Of a stretch of 64,000 nt of DNA, positions 59,826 through 64,000 are shown piece by piece. Made by a program: the position numbers and the translations under genes. The notes beneath the pieces are model-generated. The model was not told the DNA's origin, made no database searches, and worked only from the letters and a program-made list of their open reading frames with translations. The number at the start of each line of letters is the position of its first letter. Within the stretch, counting starts at the first letter, position 1. The stretch lies in assembly GCA_000092065.1 (NCBI GenBank), contig CP000600.1. The stretch is one strand, 5' to 3'. This DNA is from Ostreococcus lucimarinus. Its lineage: Eukaryota.

Positions 59826-61361
59826 ATGGAGTCGCTGGCGCGCGCGGTGATGACGTCGATACCGCCGAACGCGATCGATCGACAGCGCGTGTGCGAGGTG
59901 ATCGGAAGGGCGGAGGGGGCGCGAGCGAGCGGACGACACCGAGACGCGGCGAAGATGTTGATCGACGTCGGAGGGGCGCTGACGCGGTTGCAACACGAGA
60001 CGGCGGTGGCGGTGGCGGAGCAGGCGTTTCAGTGCGCGGTGCAACAGGCGAGGTTGAACGATGAGGACGTGCCGGAGTACATGAAGAACGCGACGGAAGG
60101 GTCGAACGCGGAGCTGGGGGAGGCGTACGCGAGCCTCGGGAACTGCGAGCGCGCGTTGGGCAAGTTGGCGGACGCGGAGGGGCATTATAAGGCGGCGGTG
60201 AAAGCGGTTGAGGATGATGGATTGGAGCCGTTTTCTAATAAGTTCGTCCTTCGAGTGATGGTGACGAGAGTTCGAAAGGATTTCCAGAAACATGAACAAT
60301 TGTGCGACGCGTGGGAGGAGACGATTCGCAAGGCGGCGCGCGAGGGCACGGAGAGTCAAACCGCGCTCTTGGCGGCGACTGGAATCTGTTTGCAAGAGCG
60401 CGCCGGTGGGATGGCGGAACAAAAGAAGTTTAACGAAGCGGCAGAGCTGCGAGGCGGGAAGTTTTTGGAGACTGTGCTTCGCTTACAGGCGCACGGCTTG
60501 CGCACCAAGCCCGACGTGTTGCTGCCAAACGTGTACGATTCCATCGCGGCTTTGTATCTCCAAGCGAAAGACATTAAGAAGGCGCTCGGATTTTTGCACA
60601 GAGCTGTGGCGTCAACGGCGTGTACGGAGTGCTACGGCGATAAATTTATACCCGAGGGCGAAACGCGGGGGATCAAAGCCGAGGGCAAGTGGGACGATGT
60701 GTGCTGGCACCCGTCCCTTTTAGCGTCAAAAAAGGGTGTGGAACAAGACGAGGTGGATGTCGTCCCGCGCGCACCGTGGGAGGTGAGCCCGGAGGAGAAG
60801 AAAATCATCGACCAAATTTTAGGCGTCGGCGATAAGTGGACGATGAAGAAGGGTAAGGAAGGTCCGGAGCCGGCGCGAGGGGCCAACGCGCTCGGGCACA
60901 TCCTGTACACGCTCGGCAACCATCTCATGCAGGCAGCAAAGTGGGAAGAAGCCGGTCGTCCCTTGAAGACCGCAGCTGCGATGTTACAGAACGATTTGGA
61001 TATGCAAGGGAACTGTTTTCACTTGCTCGGCGTCGTTCACTTTCAGATCGCCAAGCTTCCCATGAATAGAGCGCGGGTGAAGGAGATTTTGCCGCGCGCG
61101 GCGAGCTCGTTTGCCTTGGCCGCAGATTGTAGAATCGTCGATGGCAAGTGTACAAAGAAAGGTGCAGCCGAATCGATTAACTCTCTATTGTTCTTAGGTC
61201 GATGCATGTTCGAACTCGGCGAGTTTGAGCAAACAGAACAAGTCACCGCTCAAGCCATCAGCCTCGGCCGACAAGTGCTCGGCGACAACGCTAAGGAAAC
61301 CAACGAGGCCATCAAGGCGATGATGGAGTTTAAACGCCAGATGTCGATGATGGGTCGATGA
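59826..61361 (+). CDS. Hypothetical helical-repeat (TPR-like) protein
   Basis: In-frame ATG at 59826 (residue 258 of ORF 59055..61361). Helical, A/L/E/K-rich, with repeated ..A..Y..LG.....A...Y+.A-like segments. GC3 drops towards the 3' end. Confidence 0.5.
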   Translation: MESLARAVMTSIPPNAIDRQRVCEVIGRAEGARASGRHRDAAKMLIDVGGALTRLQHETAVAVAEQAFQCAVQQARLNDEDVPEYMKNATEGSNAELGEAYASLGNCERALGKLADAEGHYKAAVKAVEDDGLEPFSNKFVLRVMVTRVRKDFQKHEQLCDAWEETIRKAAREGTESQTALLAATGICLQERAGGMAEQKKFNEAAELRGGKFLETVLRLQAHGLRTKPDVLLPNVYDSIAALYLQAKDIKKALGFLHRAVASTACTECYGDKFIPEGETRGIKAEGKWDDVCWHPSLLASKKGVEQDEVDVVPRAPWEVSPEEKKIIDQILGVGDKWTMKKGKEGPEPARGANALGHILYTLGNHLMQAAKWEEAGRPLKTAAAMLQNDLDMQGNCFHLLGVVHFQIAKLPMNRARVKEILPRAASSFALAADCRIVDGKCTKKGAAESINSLLFLGRCMFELGEFEQTEQVTAQAISLGRQVLGDNAKETNEAIKAMMEFKRQMSMMGR

Positions 61362-61487
61362 TGGGACGATGAACGTAGCTTAGTAGTTAAATGTCGGATT
61401 TCAACAATCAATAATATGTCTATCTAGAAAAAATCGAGTCTACTGTAAAAATCTGCGTCAAAACAATTCTCCAGTTGTGTAAGGCCG

Positions 61488-63458
61488 TCACACGGTTTGG
61501 AAATCTTTCTTGGCGACGGGGTCGTCGTCTCCGTCTCTGTTCCCCGTCAACGCAGAAAGCGGCATGTATTGCTTGGACGTTCTACGCAATGCATTGAAGG
61601 CGAAAAAATGAATCCCAATTTGAAGCAAGTATTGCGCCATGATTTGTATTCCGACTTTCACGTCTTCGAACGCATACAGCTCGAGCACGGCGGCGCCAGT
61701 CTCCAAACATCTCGTAGTGCTAGACTCGCACGAGAAAGCAATAGGATCGCCACCGAATTCGTTCGACACGAGAGCGGAGTACGCATAGAATATTGGGTCC
61801 ATGAAGCGAATCCAACGCGCCCCAGCTGGGATGGAATCGATGTTCAAGTAAATGCCTCCGAAGAGCGTGAAAATTGTAATGCACGCTGGACCCAAGGCTA
61901 AAGCGGCGCCGATCGGCATCGCACTCGCCATGAGCAATCCGAGCGCGGTGAGCGACATAGCCTCGGCGATGATGATGGCGACAAAAATCCAAAAGTTGTA
62001 CTGCGTCTTACGCAGTCCGACGATCCAATACACGAGCGCGCAAAAGATCAATCTGGGAATCAATCTTGGGAGCTCCGTAACGTACTTGGACATGTAATAG
62101 GACGACCATTTGTACGCACCTGACGCGCGCTCTCTGACGACGATCCCTTTTTCTCCCGCAAACACGTTGATCGCTGGAAGTGCACTGGTGTAAGCGACGT
62201 TTAAGACGACGAAAAACAAGCAACCAATTCTATCTTGGACACCCTTTTGGTCGTGGCCGACGCCTCTGAAGAGCGCAGAAACGATGAGCGCGTACATCAT
62301 CTCCAAAGCTAACGTCACGCGAACGCCGATAAAGTCGCGTCTTTGATTTATCAATCCTCTTCGAACGAGCAAGACAAACTGCTGTATCCACGACGCGTGC
62401 GTGGGATCGTACTCCGTGGGGGCGGCGCTTCGAGCGCGATGCTGTTTGAGCGCAGACGCCACTGCCTTTTCGCCGAGACGCCTCGTCATCGCTTCAGTCG
62501 CGAAAAATTCTATTCTTTCTCTGCTCGACTTTTCTCGCTCGGGATTTCGCGCGTCCAAGGAGGTGATGTCCATGAAGTAATCCGCGGGGTTGGTGAGATT
62601 CGGGCACTCAAAGCGCAGCGACGCAAAGTAACCGACCGCGTCCTTGGCCTCGCCGATATACAGCAGCCGCCCTTCACTAATCAGCAACAACTGATCGAAC
62701 ATTCCATAAATCGACGAGCGCGGCTGATGAATCGTACACACGACCGTTCGTCCGACCGCCGCGAGCTGCCTGAGGGCGTAGACCACGCGCTGCGCCTGAA
62801 ACGAATCCAACCCACTCGTCGGCTCGTCCAAAAACAACGCCTCGGGATCGCCCACCATCTCGACGCCGATATTAACGCGTTTTCTCTCCCCCCCGCTCAC
62901 TCCTCGAGGTAATCCGCCCGGCCGCCCCACCGGACTCGCTCTGACCTTCGCCAAGCCGAGCTCCGCCACGATTTCCTCCACGCTCGCCGCCACCTCCGCC
63001 TCCGACAACCGCGCCCTCCGCAATCGACAGTGCAGCGTCAGCGTCTCCTCCACGCTCAAGAATGGAAACAGCAGTTCCTCCTGCATCACGTACGCCACCT
63101 TCTCCCGCATGAACGTCTCGTCTCGCCCCGCGTCGTCCACCGTGATCGTCCCTCGCAGCGTCCCCCCCAGCGGCGTCCGTCCCGCCAGCGCGTTCAACAG
63201 CGACGTCTTCCCGCTCCCCGTCGGTCCCATGAGCGCCAGCACTTCTCCCGGTCTCGCGCTCCCCGTGACGTCGCGCAGGATCGTCTTCGTCGTCGTCGCC
63301 TTTTCGCCGTCTCGCGTCGTCTCGACCTCGTACCGCAGCCGCTCGAACGCGAACGTCGCCCCGGCGCGCGCGCGGTTCGCGCCAAGCGTCGTCGACGCGC
63401 GGTGCAGCGCCTCGCGCGCGTACGCCTCGCGCACGTCCTCCGCGCTCGGGCGTCCCAT
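61488..63458 (-). CDS. ABC transporter, G subfamily half-transporter (white/brown-like): nucleotide-binding domain then transmembrane domain
   Basis: ORF 61488..63503 begins on GTG. The first ATG is at 63458 (MGRPSAED...). Walker A GPTGSGKTS, ABC signature VSGGERKRV, Walker B LFLDEPTSGLD, then six hydrophobic segments in the C-terminal half. Confidence 0.8.
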   Translation of the reverse strand: MGRPSAEDVREAYAREALHRASTTLGANRARAGATFAFERLRYEVETTRDGEKATTTKTILRDVTGSARPGEVLALMGPTGSGKTSLLNALAGRTPLGGTLRGTITVDDAGRDETFMREKVAYVMQEELLFPFLSVEETLTLHCRLRRARLSEAEVAASVEEIVAELGLAKVRASPVGRPGGLPRGVSGGERKRVNIGVEMVGDPEALFLDEPTSGLDSFQAQRVVYALRQLAAVGRTVVCTIHQPRSSIYGMFDQLLLISEGRLLYIGEAKDAVGYFASLRFECPNLTNPADYFMDITSLDARNPEREKSSRERIEFFATEAMTRRLGEKAVASALKQHRARSAAPTEYDPTHASWIQQFVLLVRRGLINQRRDFIGVRVTLALEMMYALIVSALFRGVGHDQKGVQDRIGCLFFVVLNVAYTSALPAINVFAGEKGIVVRERASGAYKWSSYYMSKYVTELPRLIPRLIFCALVYWIVGLRKTQYNFWIFVAIIIAEAMSLTALGLLMASAMPIGAALALGPACITIFTLFGGIYLNIDSIPAGARWIRFMDPIFYAYSALVSNEFGGDPIAFSCESSTTRCLETGAAVLELYAFEDVKVGIQIMAQYLLQIGIHFFAFNALRRTSKQYMPLSALTGNRDGDDDPVAKKDFQTV

Positions 63459-63575
63459 CGCGTCGGCGCGTCGACGTGTGGCGACCGACCGCCCTTTTCT
63501 CACTGTTTGCGCACACGACTGGCGGACGACGCGCGCGGCACGTCCCGGCGCGATCGCCGCAGTCGCGCGCGCCCC

Positions 63576-64000
63576 GATGCGCGCGTCGCCGCTCGCGACG
63601 CGGGCGTCGATCGACGCGCGCGCGATCGGCGCGCGACGCGACGCGAAGGCGCGGGCGCGACGCGCGCGAGACGCGCGCGCGGGCGCGACGCGGGACGACG
63701 ACGAATCGTGGGCGTTCGATCCGTTGGCGCTCGACGCGCGCGCGACGCGGGGCGCGACGCGGGGCGCGACGCGCGTCGCGAGCGGCGCGTGCGCGCTGGT
63801 GGCGGTGATCGCGTGCGGCGCGTCGGAGGACGCGCGCGCGGGCGGCGCGGCGATCGACCCGTTTTACGCGTTTTCGCCCGTGTGCCCGGCGAGCGACGGC
63901 GTGTTTCGAGTCGGACAGCGCGCGGCGATATCGCTCGCGGGAGACGAGAACATTGAAAATTATCGACCGTTGATAAATGATGTGCTGATACGGGTGCGGA
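63576..64000 (+). CDS. 5' end of a gene encoding a protein with an R-rich presequence plus a hydrophobic lumen-type signal. Partial: continues past the window end.
   Basis: My own translation from the ATG at about 63576: MRASPLATRASIDARAIGARRDAKARARR...VASGACALVAVIACGASEDARAGGAAIDPFYAFSPVCPASDGVFRVGQRAAISLAGDENIENYRPLINDVLIRV, open to the window end. It is not in the ORF track because there is no stop codon. Confidence 0.3.

Noticed and set aside
63030-63956. Plus ORF 63030..63956 (R-rich) and minus ORFs 62872..63516, 63194..63385
   Set aside because: The R/G/A composition is typical of GC artefacts and overlaps the ABCG 5' end. A different plus frame starting at about 63576 looks more protein-like, and I listed it with low confidence instead.
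1-64000. Hypothesis that the window is prokaryotic, such as a defence island or operon, or an integrated giant-virus segment. This was prompted by the NAD+-dependent ligase and the methyltransferase.
   Set aside because: GT-AG introns in EEF2, eukaryote-specific genes (RPA43, HMG-box, histone-fold, PAQR, ABCG, SET, ankyrin, EGF giants), the telomeric repeat and a uniform high-GC3 codon bias across all genes indicate native nuclear eukaryotic DNA. No viral hallmark genes (capsid, packaging ATPase, viral DNA polymerase) are present.

Overview
This window is nuclear DNA from a eukaryote, not a prokaryote. It is GC-rich (about 65-70%) and gene-dense. The evidence for a eukaryote is a GT-AG spliced elongation factor 2 gene, an RNA polymerase I subunit (RPA43), histone-fold and HMG-box proteins, PAQR, ABCG, SET and ankyrin genes, and an interstitial (CCCTAA)n telomere-type repeat. 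A PsbP-like protein with an arginine-rich presequence followed by a hydrophobic lumen-type signal suggests a photosynthetic protist, possibly a compact-genome green or other GC-rich alga. That assignment is inference.

I can support about 30 protein-coding genes on both strands, separated by short intergenic spacers of roughly 100-250 bp. Notable content:
- a bacterial-type NAD+-dependent DNA ligase (LigA) lying immediately upstream of, and divergent from, a small NPPY-motif methyltransferase, right next to a mitochondrial-type FtsH (m-AAA) protease;
- a 3334-aa secreted PAN/apple-domain protein carrying about 3.9 kb of near-perfect 42/27-nt proline-rich tandem repeats;
- a 2121-aa secreted EGF-repeat protein;
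- a same-strand mini-cluster of a histone-fold NC2alpha/POLE4-like gene, an HMG-box gene and RPA43;
- a telomere-like repeat sitting in a bidirectional promoter.

Many long ORFs in the six-frame track are GC-driven antisense artefacts and are rejected. I recognise no rRNA, tRNA, CRISPR array or mobile element. Interior start coordinates are approximate: they were derived by residue offset from the ORF track, which uses alternative start codons.
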